The notes under the pieces were generated by a model, which saw nothing but the letters and a program-made list of their open reading frames with translations, had not been told where the DNA came from and searched no databases. Of a DNA stretch of 64,000 bases, positions 40,001-52,500 are shown one piece after another. The stretch's first letter is position 1; every line of letters begins with the position of its first letter. The stretch lies in NCBI GenBank assembly GCA_965644295.1, contig CBFFRP010000041.1, positions 62,001 to 126,000 on the forward strand. Direction: 5' to 3'. The DNA is from Paraphysomonas bandaiensis (taxonomy: Eukaryota > Protista > Chrysophyceae). A program made the position numbers and the translations under genes.

Positions 40001-42095
40001 AATCAGAAGAGATCGCGTTACTGGAACGCCGCCACACTGATGCTATCACCGCACTAAAGAAAATTCATAACGACGAGCTGAATGCCGTGAAACAACGCGC
40101 TAAGGCACGTGATACGTTGAATATATGCAGAGCTGCATGTGGTTAACTGTTATTAAATAGGACGGCGTTGCTTTAGATCATCTCAGTTCCCAAATATCTA
40201 CAACAACAGGATCTCTTAAACTTATCGAGGAACAGATAAGCCAGCAATACCGGGGCTTAGACGCAGTGAGGGAAGGGCAATTCGAGGCGCGAGAGAGATT
40301 GCTCATGGACATGGAAGCCAAGGCAAGGGAGCGTGCTGAAGCTGCGGAGAGCGAAGGATACAAACTCAAAGGTTTGTTATCTCATATGGAGCAGGTATGC
40401 CTCGATGTTTGCCAACTTATATTTAATTCACGGCTATAAATCGTGTACTGAAAAGAATATATGTTATTTAGGTGGTACAAAATCTCCGCAGTCAAGGTGG
40501 AGAAGAGAGAGAGAGACTCCGTATGGAACATCGGTATGTTGTACCATAGTCATATTTGTGTGCGTTCTATTCGGATGTTGCAGGCGCATTTTTACTTTTC
40601 TATAGGCGCATTGAGGCTCTTCAGGAAAGTGTTGAAAGTGAGCGTAGAGCCATTCAAGAGCGTGCAAGTGCTGAGATGACTGAGTTGAGGCGCAAGATGT
40701 CGATGATGGAAGAGCGCGAGAGAGAACATACTATGAAGCGTGCTGAGGAGCAGGCTGACTTGAACGAAATGAAGCGCAAGCTTGAAGCCGATCGGAAGGA
40801 ATTCGCCGCCTATGTCAGGTAGAGTGTGCGATCTGGTATTGTGATATGGGTAACAAGACTAATATGTAGTTCAAACGTCAAAGCAGCTGAACAAGGTGCC
40901 GTTAGGCTGAAAGAAGAGGAAAATCGCTTGAATCGACTACGAAGTGAAATATCGCAGGAGCGGAACGCATTGGAGAGGAGTAAGGAACAGGTAAAAGGTT
41001 AAGGAATATTATGTAATGGATACTAACTGGGAGCTCAGGCCAGTGCTGATCTTCTTTCTGCCGAAAAATGGCGCCAATCTGTCAGTGAAGCACAAGATGA
41101 TGTAAGTGGTATCGTGATGGACTATATAAATCGCTGTTAATTACTCGAATATTTAGATTGAACGCGAGAAAAGGGCCCTCCGGACAGCTGCATCTGAACT
41201 ACAAGATATGTCTGACAGACTTGTGGAGAGAGATAGAGAGGTTCGCTTATACATACTTGCTACTTGATAGGCATGTGTTCATACTGCTGTGACTAGCTGG
41301 AATACCGAGAAAAGTCTCTTCTAGAGAGGGAAAATAAACTTGAACAGGAGAAGAGTGAGGTGGAGTACATAAACCGACAATTGAATCAACGAGAGCAAGA
41401 AATAGCTGCCACTTATAAGCAGGTTGACTATTGTACTTGCGGTATTATGTGCTGTAGCGATGATATGCACAGGAAGGATGTGTGTTATGTTATATTATTT
41501 TAAACCTGGGTTAATTAACATTGACATTAAGGCGGAAGAACAGCGTTTAGAAATGCAAGAGATAGAAGATGAAATGCTACGTCGACGCGTAATGGTATCG
41601 TCGCAGAGGAGGGAAATGTCGCGATTACAGTTAAGTGGGGATAATCGACTGGTGCTATCAGGACGATTGAATAGGGATGGAGAGAAAGGTTCTGGGCGAT
41701 ATTATCCGTGTGACGAAGGAATTCATGACTCAATCCCATCGAAGCACACTGCAGGTGTCAATGGATGTCACTTCCCTCAGACTGGGAAGGAAAACAGCCG
41801 CCCACAAATAGACTCAAGTGTTGAAGAAGAAACTACCTCTAATTATAGTCCTATTGTTGCCGACAAGACTACTTTACCACAGAGCTCTACTGTAGAAGGT
41901 GCAAAAGCGGCAGATTTATTTGCGATTAGCGGCATTGATAAGAGGGTATGGGAGGCAGAAGTATTCTCTGCGAAGAAAGCGATGCAGGCTGCACGTGGAG
42001 GGGTACACAGAGCTTCTCAGGCTCGATTAAAAAGAGAGAATTTTATTCAGAGTGAAAATGATTTCTTATCTAAAATTCGCAGGCGTGATGATTGA
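37072..42095 (+). CDS. Large multi-exon protein with S/T/P-rich disordered N-half and long C-terminal coiled coil (tentatively FBF1-like basal-body protein)
   Basis: Contiguous + strand ORFs joined by short introns; heptad-rich E/R/K C-terminal half. The family assignment is a weak architectural resemblance only. Confidence 0.6.
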
Positions 42096-43163
42096 TGACG
42101 AGAATCACTGTGTTGTGCATTATAGACACCATATTTACTCACAGTGTTCTTGCTCTTCGTATTGTAAAAAGTAGTGATTGTGTTTTTATGCTCGTGGTCG
42201 TTGCGCTACACAACTTTATCCACTCACCTCTGTTGTGGAAATTGCTGAAATATGTTTCAGCCTATTCCGTTATCGGCATCATTGTTGACTAATGACCATT
42301 TTCAGATGATTAAGATCGTTGTAAGAGAAGTTTAAGTTAGTCAAACTAGATAGATTACTTTATTATAATTGTATACACAATTGTGTGTGTTGTCATGTAA
42401 CACATGTCAACAACATGATAAATTATTTCGTTCATGTCAACCACTGCTCAACTTCCGTATCTTGAATCGTCATGATATAATACTTCAGTTTCACAGTTAT
42501 AGCTATATAGCACCTTTGACTATTGACTACGTATTACTGTTTTTCACATTGTATTTAACGTATTCTACAGTACTATCTTAGAGAACCATACGTATTCCAA
42601 CAATCATATTATACACACAACACAACTATTCATTATTCATCAATTCTAAAGTATTTTATATTTACAGAGATAAATATATGAACGTAAACAATTAGAAGTG
42701 AGAAGGCGTTAAACTCGAAAAAAAATAATCCGAACCATAGCGAATATACTTAACCCAAGAAGCGATAACTCAAACCTAACTAGTATAACGTTACAGTGAA
42801 ATATTGGTTTCTCGTGCTTATTCTCTTTTCTACTATTCTACCTAGTCAAATTGGTAGTCTTCTCACATTATTTTTGGTACTACGCCTTCAATACAACGAG
42901 GACTAGTATTCAGTTATATATACTGAGGGTGTGAGTGTGCATTCATTTTGAAACTTTTATTTAAACTCACCCTTTCATTACTTTTATAGCTTCAAGTCCT
43001 GTGGTTTCTACAGTTTACAGAAATTTTAAGCGAAAGAGGAAAAAGAAGAAAACATTAACTTTCTTATTACTAGTCGTCGTATTTCGTAGGTTATATAATT
43101 TAGCACAGATATATATTGAAAAATCGCACATAAAACATGCTGCGACATAAATCTCATTGCCAC

Positions 43164-44452
43164 TTAATGAGTAGATATGATGTCGATGCATACAGATGGC
43201 GTAGGGGCCGCTGTTGGAACATTTGTGGGCTGAGATGTATTGAGGGCAGAATGGAGCTTCACATTGCATTGGATATTCGCTTCTTCAGCCAGTTCTCCAA
43301 CGATGAGGACATGAACAGTTTCCTTGGTGATATGTTCCGTTTGCTCAGTGGTGCATTGATCCTCTTTCGTTACAAATATAGAGTTCATCACGTTACGCTC
43401 ATATACAGACAGTGTGGTTGAGTCCACCAAACTGTGGACCGATCCCAACATACCGAATATCCCGGGTGGATAATCATATGGGCTGTTGATATATGATAGA
43501 GGAATAGGATAACTCGTGACATTAAAAAAAGTTCGTGTTTCGAATGCGAATCCCTCGACACAAATTACACTACTTTCTGTGGGGAAAACAACGTAGGCAA
43601 CTACTTCAGGGGTTGTGATCTCAAAATATGAAGCATCGTGGGAGTCGTGAGGAACGAGAACAAACCACACACTCCGAACCTTTACCTGCCAGGCGCGTAC
43701 AGAAAGAAACAAATCCTTTCCATTGTCAATAGTATTGACACTCGTCTGTAATTGCTGAATACATCCAGCGAGTTCACTTACAGTACATATACTCTCCTCC
43801 GAATCACAACCGGAGGGATACAGCAATTGTATCGCATTGCCGTTGGAGTTCGTCGCTATCGGCTCCGCAGAGGCGCGCGTGATATTACCCGATCCAATAA
43901 TAAAATTTGTATTAAAGTTCTCGTCTGTGTAGTTCGCAAGAATATTATATGCTCCCTCAGGGCCAAGCAGCCATGCAACCTCCACAAACACAGGCACTGG
44001 AGGAAGTACAGGCACGAACCATTCCTTTGAGCAATAGCTGTCATTAGGAAACACAAGCTTGAACTCAAAAGTAAATGTCCCATCTTCGTTACGAACAGGA
44101 CGACCATTCATTTTAGGAACAATGGGAGGAATTAATTGAGATCCTTGCGCAGGGTACCTATAAGAGAAGATCATATGAGCATATAGCATATAGGAGCATA
44201 CGAGATGTGGGTGTCTTACCACTCAGAATTCAGAACATCAGCAACATCAGGAATACTAATGAAAGCCACAGCCTCATCGATCGGTATGACACTCTCTGTA
44301 GTCACACTTGTCCATTCAAGAGCCCCCATAGCCTCCACAGACCTGAACCCCACCTCCAGCCAGTTGTAATCGATATACTCCTTCCGTATTAAGTCAAATG
44401 GAACGGCATTTATATTGCCAATCAATAATGAAGCAAGAATCAACAATATCAT
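43164..44452 (-). CDS. Secreted protein with three internal repeats (H-type lectin-like) and a PT-rich linker
   Basis: Signal peptide MILLILASLLIGNINA; one intron at ~44157-44219. Three ~110 aa units end in EVAWLL, EVVAYVVF and ETVHVLIV. C-terminal PTNVPTAAPTP. Confidence 0.6.
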
Positions 44453-44687
44453 CACACTAGTTGTGGATATCACTATTAATATATACACACGCTCTCTCTA
44501 TGTATGTATATATATATATATATATGGAAGAACCATGTGACGTTAATCTTCAAGAAGAACAACACTTCGCTCCACACAACAACTAGCTACACACACACCT
44601 ATCATCTACACCTACATACTGCTGTAGCTTGAGGACTATTTTTTGGGGAAGAACAAGGGTACCCTGGTACACATCAGGGTCCCATAC

Positions 44688-44742
44688 ATGTACATACATA
44701 CATACATACATACATACATACATACATACATACATACATACA

Positions 44743-44774
<32 letters not shown>

Positions 44775-44883
44775 CATACATACATACATACATACATACA
44801 TACATACATACCTACATACCTACCTACATACCCTACCTACCTACCTACATACACACATACATACATACATACATACATACATA
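44688..44883. repeat. (TACA)n microsatellite, left of the Tc1 insertion
   Basis: Directly visible, with TACC variants. Confidence 0.95.
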
Positions 44884-46458
44884 CAGTGTCGGTCAAAAAG
44901 AAAAGAACAACGGTTTTTTTGCGTTTTTTCAACACATGTCAAAAATCAGAGCAAACTCAAATAATAAAAAATGTAGAGCTTTTCAAGATACGTATTTTGA
45001 TATATGATGTTGTATATGTAATTTTTGCTCCTTCGTGAGATAAAGTGCCACCCTGGGTTTTCGCATTGACTCTAAAAACCCCTGTGTCATATTAAAATCT
45101 TATTACAACTTTAATGGAAGCGTTTAGACGCTATTACTTATAGTGAACTATTAAATACATTGTATGCACTGCAGTTTGATTCAGTTAGGATTGGATTTGG
45201 TTAATGGTACGTGTAGAACGGAGAGGCCGAAAGAAGCGAACTCCACGAACGCATTATCACATGAATAGTGCTGACAAGACGCAGCTACTCGCACTTCGAC
45301 ATGCCGGACTTACTTTTCGTGATACTGGGAAGCGGATGAAGCTAAATTCCGGCATTTTATGCAGAGTTTACAACAAAATATTCTCGACGAAAAGTTTCAA
45401 CCGCACTCCTGGCTCCGGTAGAAAGTGAATAACAACTGAAAGAGACGATGCCTTGAATGTCAGAGAAGTATAGAAGTATCGTACGGTAAGTGGACCACAC
45501 CTTAAAACTCTTTTTCCTTCACTTAAGGTATCAGAATGGACGTTAGACGCCGTATTAACAGTTGCTCCAACTTCCACTCAGAATGGGCCACAAGAAAGCC
45601 CTTTGTTAGCGAACGCAACAGGATTAGGAGATTGGAATGGGCGAGAGCTCACCTCAATTGGACTGTTGAACAGTGGAGAAAAGTTATTTGGTCGGACGAG
45701 TCCCCTTTTGTTCTTCGCTATCGCCGAAAGTAGCGTTGCTGGAGAGCTGTTGGCGAAAGATATGATCCGGCCTGTACTACAGCGACAGTGAAGCATGACG
45801 ATAAAATAATGGTTTGGGGATGTTTCTGTGCTCATGGCGTAGGAGATTTGTACCGTGTGGAGGGAATTTTAAGGAAGGAACAGTACCTATACATCGTTGA
45901 AAACCATTTCTATACCAGTGCAGAGCGACTATACCCTGATTTCGACTGTATTTTCCAAGGAGATAACGATCCGAAACACACCGCGAGAATTGTACGGCAA
46001 TCGTATGATGACCAAGATCTTATCCGTATGGATTGGCCCGCTCAATCTCCTGATTTGAACCCGATAGAGGATCTTTGGGCAATACTAGATTATCGCATGA
46101 AACACCGATCTTCCAACGACCTAAACGAGCTTTTTCAGCTGCTACTGAAGACATGGAATGAACTCCCAGTTAGCTTATTGTCTGATCTAGTAGATAGCAT
46201 GCCTAGAAGGTGCCAAGCTGTGATAGATGTGAAAGGATATGCCATTAAGTATTAAGTGGGGGGTTTTTATAAGAAGCCTAAAAATCAAGGTTTTGACACT
46301 TTAATTAAGAAAATTTTCACCAATTTTTAAGCTGAATAGCTCATTAGAAAGCCCTAAAAAAACTACACATTTCCTATTATTAGAGTAATATCCAGTTTTT
46401 ACATTTGCTTAGTGAAATTCTCAAAAAACCGTTGTTCTTTTTTTTTTGACCGACCCTG
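44884..46458 (+). mobile_element. Tc1/mariner (DD34E) transposon with inactivated transposase
   Basis: TA TSD on both sides. TIRs CAGTGTCGGTCAAAAAGAAAAGAACAACGGTTTTTT / AAAAAACCGTTGTTCTTTTTTTTTGACCGACCCTG. WSDES, VKH..IMVWGCF and DNDPKH-x-SPDLNPIE motifs with 34-residue D-E spacing. Three in-frame stops and one frameshift. Confidence 0.95.
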
Positions 46459-46706
46459 TACATACATACATACATACATACATACATACATACATACATA
46501 CATACATACATACATACATACATACATACATACATACATACATACATACATACATACATACAAACATACATACATACATACATACATACATACATACATA
46601 CATACATACATACATACATACATACATACATACATACATACATACATACATACATACATACATACATACATACATACATACATACATACATACATACATA
46701 CATACA
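46459..46706. repeat. (TACA)n microsatellite, right of the Tc1 insertion
   Basis: Directly visible. Confidence 0.95.
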
Positions 46707-46884
46707 CACGTATTTATACACTGTACGTAGGAATTCCTACACACATACCCATGTCCATACAGACAGGTATACTGACCAATGCATCGTACACCAGTTATCA
46801 GAATCCTGTGTATTCCAGGTATTCCCCAATATTCTGCCATACTTCAAATTCTTTGCAATGGCTTCAACATTTTTTCAACATGAA

Positions 46885-46897
46885 TTCTAGAAATTTC
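46885..46897. promoter_or_regulatory. Candidate heat-shock element (TTC-nn-GAA-nn-TTC)
   Basis: TTCTAGAAATTTC, ~210 bp upstream of the 47109 gene. Confidence 0.4.
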
Positions 46898-47108
46898 ACA
46901 AAAAAATGGCAAATATATAGTAAAAAATCCTATAAGAATTCTCATTTCTTCATATGACTCTTCAAGATACGGGAAAGCAACCTCCAATTATAGCGATTCT
47001 TGTTATGAATAATCGAAACAGATATGAGAGTCTACCATACATATATACATGCTCACACCACTCATCACAATAACACACTGTGGCTATATATAGAGAAACA
47101 ATTAAGAA

Positions 47109-48957
47109 TATGATACAACAGAATTCTTTGGGATATAGTTATGTTAATGTTACTGATGAGTGTCGACTTGTTCTTTCCTATCCTAATCCGGTCAGTAGAG
47201 GGTATGAGTTCGATGTGACGTTGAAGCTAATAGACACCTCAAACACAGCAAAGTACGCCATATATTATACTGTCTGTCTGATATCCTAATCTCGTATTGT
47301 CAGTGAGGTGTCTGCTAGTTTGAAATCGTTTACAATCTACGATATAATTGCGGACGTGTATAGGGACTGTACTCTGGTAGGTCATGTGTGTGTATACGAT
47401 ATATAATGTCACCATGTGTATGCAGCGACCACTATCAGATGAGAGTAAATTTGAGGATGGATCATTAACAGCTACATGCTTTCTGGATCCAGTACTGACA
47501 CCGCTCAATAAGATATGGCTGTTTTATGCGGAAGTACAATTGCAATTTGGCACAGATAAACCAATTGTCGTACAAGCGAAGTCAAAAGTCTTGACCTTTT
47601 TCAAATTAGCCATTATAGACTTCAACGTGCATGGGGAACGATGTACATCAATAAATGATATTGTATATCGCCTCGGTGCTGAGGATAATACTATCCAGTT
47701 TAAGGTAGTTATTAAGGACGGCACTGGCAAGACAGTGGACTTCGCTGATCGGGTGGGTCGATATGCTATACTCGCGTACGAATTTAACTCTATTGATACT
47801 TCAGGTGATACTAAATGTGCGATGTCTAAATGATAGGGGTAATGAAGTTGCGAGTATTCGTAGCGACACAGATACTCCTGTCTTTGAAGTAATATCAGAA
47901 CGAACGGATCAATCTATTGGTAATAACGGGAATGGTAGCAAGGGTTATGCCGATGTTTGTGTGAGGTTTAATGACGTGCCACGCGATCATCAGAACAAGG
48001 TAAATGTAGTGAGCTATTACTCCAACAGTTCTAACATCATATAGAAATTTGTAATCGAAGTTGGGTCGAATGATAACCGTATAACGCGTACGTCCACACC
48101 CCCTATTTTGTTCAAGACATACGAGGAACCTCGTTTATGTCGCACAGTTACTGTGTTGCCAAAGCTAGTTATTAAAGAATTAACTGTCAGAGGGAAAGAA
48201 GTTGTACCTGCTGAGGAAATTATGTATTGCAAAGAAGGTCCGCGTGACGAAAACACTATCCAATTTAAAGTTGTTATTGTGGACGGTGCTGGCAATCCAG
48301 TAAAGCTCGATTATCCGGTGGGTCAATAAGAAATACCTTTCAAATGAGTTTAACTCTAGTGATACTTCAGGTGATATTGAAGTTGCGGTGTAGATATGAT
48401 ACTGGTGGCGATATAGCGAATATTCGTAGCGACACAGATACTCCTGTCTTTGAAGTAATATCGGAACGAACGGATCAATCTATTGGCATTCAGGGTTATG
48501 CCGATGTTTGTGTGAGGTTTAATGATGTGTCACGCAACCATCAGAACAAGGTAAATGTAGTGAGCTATTACTCCATCAGTTCTAACATATCATATAGAAA
48601 TTTGTAATCGAAGTGGGGTCGAATGATGACCGTGTAACCCCTACGTCCACACCCCCTATTTTAGTGAAATCCAGAGAATCCCCTCCTAAGTTCAAAAAAG
48701 AAAGTGAAATGGGAGGACCTCTACATATGTTATCACGTGTGGCATCCGACAGTCGTTACGCTCTTAAAACAATCACAAATAAAGATGTGGTGGAGTGGAT
48801 GCGCAAAGTTATCACAACGCTTCCGTCTTTGGAAAGGAAGCGGGTATATGACGATAATATGAAGCAGGAAATTTGGCTTGCAGCGGATCCCAATCCTGCA
48901 ATCCAAGAATTGTTGACATCCTGTCCACTATCGAAGAGTCAAAGGACTCACTATTGA
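47109..48957 (+). CDS. Protein with a tandemly duplicated beta-rich domain, possibly a CudA/p53-like Ig-fold DNA-binding protein
   Basis: Spliced model contains two copies of NTIQFKVVI.DG.G..V|VIL..RC..D....IRSDTDTPVFEVISE..GYADVCVRFNDV.R.HQNK|KFVIEVGSND....STPPIL, followed by a C-terminal helical region. Confidence 0.55.
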
Positions 48958-49666
48958 TTATGTGATTTTCTCCGTGTTTTAGATATTAGAACTGAAATGT
49001 CCCATGCGCTGACAACTTCCAGTTACGTTTTAATATTTTTGTATTGCAATGTACAAAAGCGCTAAATTCATCGTTTAATTCATTGTCTTGTCATATATAG
49101 GCGAGTATTATTCTTGATAGGTGCTTGGTGCTTACACATTTTAATAGCGTAACGTAATAATTACAATTTCATTGCTCGCAGAAGGTTGCAATTAGTCATA
49201 GTAAATTACAATTCACTGCTAAGTATAAGAACATATTAGAATTAGAACTTGGAAAACATAAAGGGTGATGGCCATCACCCTAAATGGCTATTAAAATGGT
49301 GGTAAGGTTGGCCTCTCATTATAAATTTCTTTACATTTTGATAGCCACCGCTTCTTTGTACAGTCGAGTACGTTTCTTTCCTCTTGACCTCGAGCTAAAA
49401 GACTAAGATCAGCGTATATGCTTTAAGTCCAGCTGAATACCTTTTTAGTTTTAAGATATCTCTAAGTAGTTTGGCAAACATATTCTTACCAATCCTGCCT
49501 TACAAGATACTGCAGTGTGGTATGTACATAATAGTATTATCAGGGCTTTTTACTGTTTCTGCAGTCGAAATCATGGATATTTAGAGTTTGGTCTGATTGA
49601 CGGATACGATGCGATTCGTACAAACTGAACTTAGCTGTGCTTCTATATTATTATTGTGAAGAGCAT

Positions 49667-52029
49667 TATCCTGAGTTATAGAGGATAGCAATACCCAATT
49701 GTGCAAACAGCTCTGCACTCTGAAAAATGTAAGCAAATTGAGGAAACATGGCCAACAGCTTGTCCTTTTGTGAGGAATTACATGGGTTCCATATTTACCA
49801 TGCTCCAAAGATTTTTGGAGTTGGCAGGAGATCTGGGCAGGTGAACTTTTGGCGATGCTGTCAACGTCTTAATCCCAAATACAGCGACACATGATAAATT
49901 ATAACGCTTGACAGAGTTAAGAGATTTTGAAAACGTTTCTATGACCAAACCAACTAATTACCGCTGCTTGAAGCATATTTACTCCACTACTAATTGCGTA
50001 GAAAGGCTATTCAGTAGAGAAAATCTATGACACCTCTTTGATTGGAGGCCCTTATATGCTCTTGCGCTTTTTAATAGACTTCTGCGTAATGCAAGTACAC
50101 AGTTGAAGATGCTATTCGTGCTTCTAATGTAAGTAACTCATTTAATTAGACAATAATTGTTAACAATTTAAATTGCAATTATAATTACGCGAGATATATT
50201 ATTATAACTAGTAATAGGAATTTAATTGCTAATAATTTAGTTGCAATTAATTGTTATGCAGCCCTGCTTTGATACTTGAGAATATAAAATATTATAATGT
50301 CTGATTATTATTTTAGCAAAGTCATATGTAAGTGTTAAAATACTAAACAGAAATCTATTTAGTACTAATATCTTACTATTTATCGCTACGGAGGCGGCTT
50401 GTGCGTAAAACGATCCTCCTCCGCTCTCTGTCCTTAAGATGAACTAGCTCGGATGAAAGAATGGTGGGGAAATCCGGGATGATATCTGATAACGCTAATA
50501 TCCTACTCTTTAACGCTATGAATTCCGCTTGTGCGTCACCGCAAGCACCAAAAGGTGCAACCAGACTTGCTATATCACTCAAGCAAACGCTGTGAGCAAG
50601 CAGAATGTTAATATACCTGACATCTGCTGACCTCAGGATTTTCACTTCATACCCAGGGGATGCCCTTGAGGTGGGCCCAATCCCGGATGCCAGTTTATTT
50701 GTCAAGTCTCAAAGACGGTTACACAAGTAACACTTCTTATGTTAGTGTCCTTCTTGCCCTCTTGTATCATACAAGCATTTGGCTATGAGACTCATTGGCA
50801 ATAATTGGCAATTAAATTAATTGGTTTTAAAAATGATAATTCTTTCTATCCTGAGTTATAGAGGATAGCAATACCCAATTGTGCAAACAGCTCTGCACTC
50901 TGAAAAATGTAAGCAAATTGAGGAAACATGGCCAACAGCTTGTCCTTTTGTGAGGAATTACATGGGTTCCATATTTACCATGCTCCAAAGATTTTTGGAG
51001 TTGGCAGGAGATCTGGGCAGGTGAACTTTTGGCGATGCTGTCAACGTCTTAATCCCAAATACAGCGACACATGATAAATTATAACGCTTGACAGAGTTAA
51101 GAGATTTTGAAAACGTTTCTATGACCAAACCAACTAATTACCGCTGCTTGAAGCATATTTACTCCACTACTAATTGCGTAGAAAGGCTATTCAGTAGAGA
51201 AAATCTATGACACCTCTTTGATTGGAGGCCCTTATATGCTCTTGCGCTTTTTAATAGACTTCTGCGTAATGCAAGTACACAGTTGAAGATGCTATTCGTG
51301 CTTCTAATGTAAGTAACTCATTTAATTAGACAATAATTGTTAACAATTTAAATTGCAATTATAATTACGCGAGATATATTATTATAACTAGTAATAGGAA
51401 TTTAATTGCTAATAATTTAGTTGCAATTAATTGTTATGCAGCCCTGCTTTGATACTTGAGAATATAAAATATTATAATGTCTGATTATTATTTTAGCAAA
51501 GTCATATGTAAGTGTTAAAATACTAAACAGAAATCTATTTAGTACTAATATCTTACTATTTATCGCTACGGAGGCGGCTTGTGCGTAAAACGATCCTCCT
51601 CCGCTCTCTGTCCTTAAGATGAACTAGCTCGGATGAAAGAATGGTGGGGAAATCCGGGATGATATCTGATAACGCTAATATCCTACTCTTTAACGCTATG
51701 AATTCCGCTTGTGCGTCACCGCAAGCACCAAAAGGTGCAACCAGACTTGCTATATCACTCAAGCAAACGCTGTGAGCAAGCAGAATGTTAATATACCTGA
51801 CATCTGCTGACCTCAGGATTTTCACTTCATACCCAGGGGATGCCCTTGAGGTGGGCCCAATCCCGGATGCCAGTTTATTTGTCAAGTCTCAAAGACGGTT
51901 ACACAAGTAACACTTCTTATGTTAGTGTCCTTCTTGCCCTCTTGTATCATACAAGCATTTGGCTATGAGACTCATTGGCAATAATTGGCAATTAAATTAA
52001 TTGGTTTTAAAAATGATAATTCTTTCTAT
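49667..52029. repeat. Apparently exact 1180-bp direct tandem duplication
   Basis: 49667-50849 matches 50847-52029. Identical ORFs at 50376 and 51556 (offset 1180). TAT microhomology at the junction. Confidence 0.95.
49860..50266 (+). pseudogene. hAT transposase C-terminal remnant plus right TIR (duplicated at +1180)
   Basis: NYRCLKHIYSTTNCVERLFSRENL aligns with KYRSMNHLVTTSNIVERLFSRAKL of the 30885 element. Ends in ..TTATGCAGCCCTG. Confidence 0.7.
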
Positions 52030-52044
52030 TATTATTATGTAAAA

Positions 52045-52500
52045 ATAATACTGCCCCATTCCGAAAGTGTGGCTATACAGTAGGCTCGCTGATACACCAC
52101 ATATAAAACCAAGCTTTTGTGCTCATTTTATCACCCCCCTGCCTGTGTTTGCCTTCACAAAGTTACGTGGGATTTCTCATTGCTCTGCATGACTTATATA
52201 TATACTTCAAAAAGATTCTAGCAAAGCCATGTTGTACCTTCTTTTTATCACCTAACATGTAATCATGCAATGATGCAGAATAGACCTAACATGGCATTGG
52301 CTGAGCCTCTTCTCTCCCCCAAAATGTGCGGGGTTACTTGCATTCACATATGGGCTATATGTAAGTATTGTTTAGATCTCGCTGGGACTTGCTTGATGCC
52401 GACACACAAAGATCATTACGTCGGTTTAGAGGGTGTACATATTGCATAAAATCAACACTAACACTTTAAGGCCTCGCTCCCAGAATGGGGCAATTATTAT
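52045..52500. mobile_element. MITE-like element; diverged inverted partial copy at ~58060-58330
   Basis: Inverted termini GCCCCATTCCGAAAGTG / CGCTCCCAGAATGGGGC. Internal sequence matches 58060-58290 in reverse complement. Confidence 0.6.

Noticed and set aside
45204-46255. Stop-codon readthrough or alternative genetic code in the transposase
   Set aside because: Host genes end in TAA, TAG and TGA normally, and the element also has a frameshift, so it is simply decayed.
50376-50705. 109-aa ORF present twice (also 51556-51885)
   Set aside because: Non-ATG start, overlaps a dispersed non-coding repeat, and is duplicated only because of the tandem duplication.
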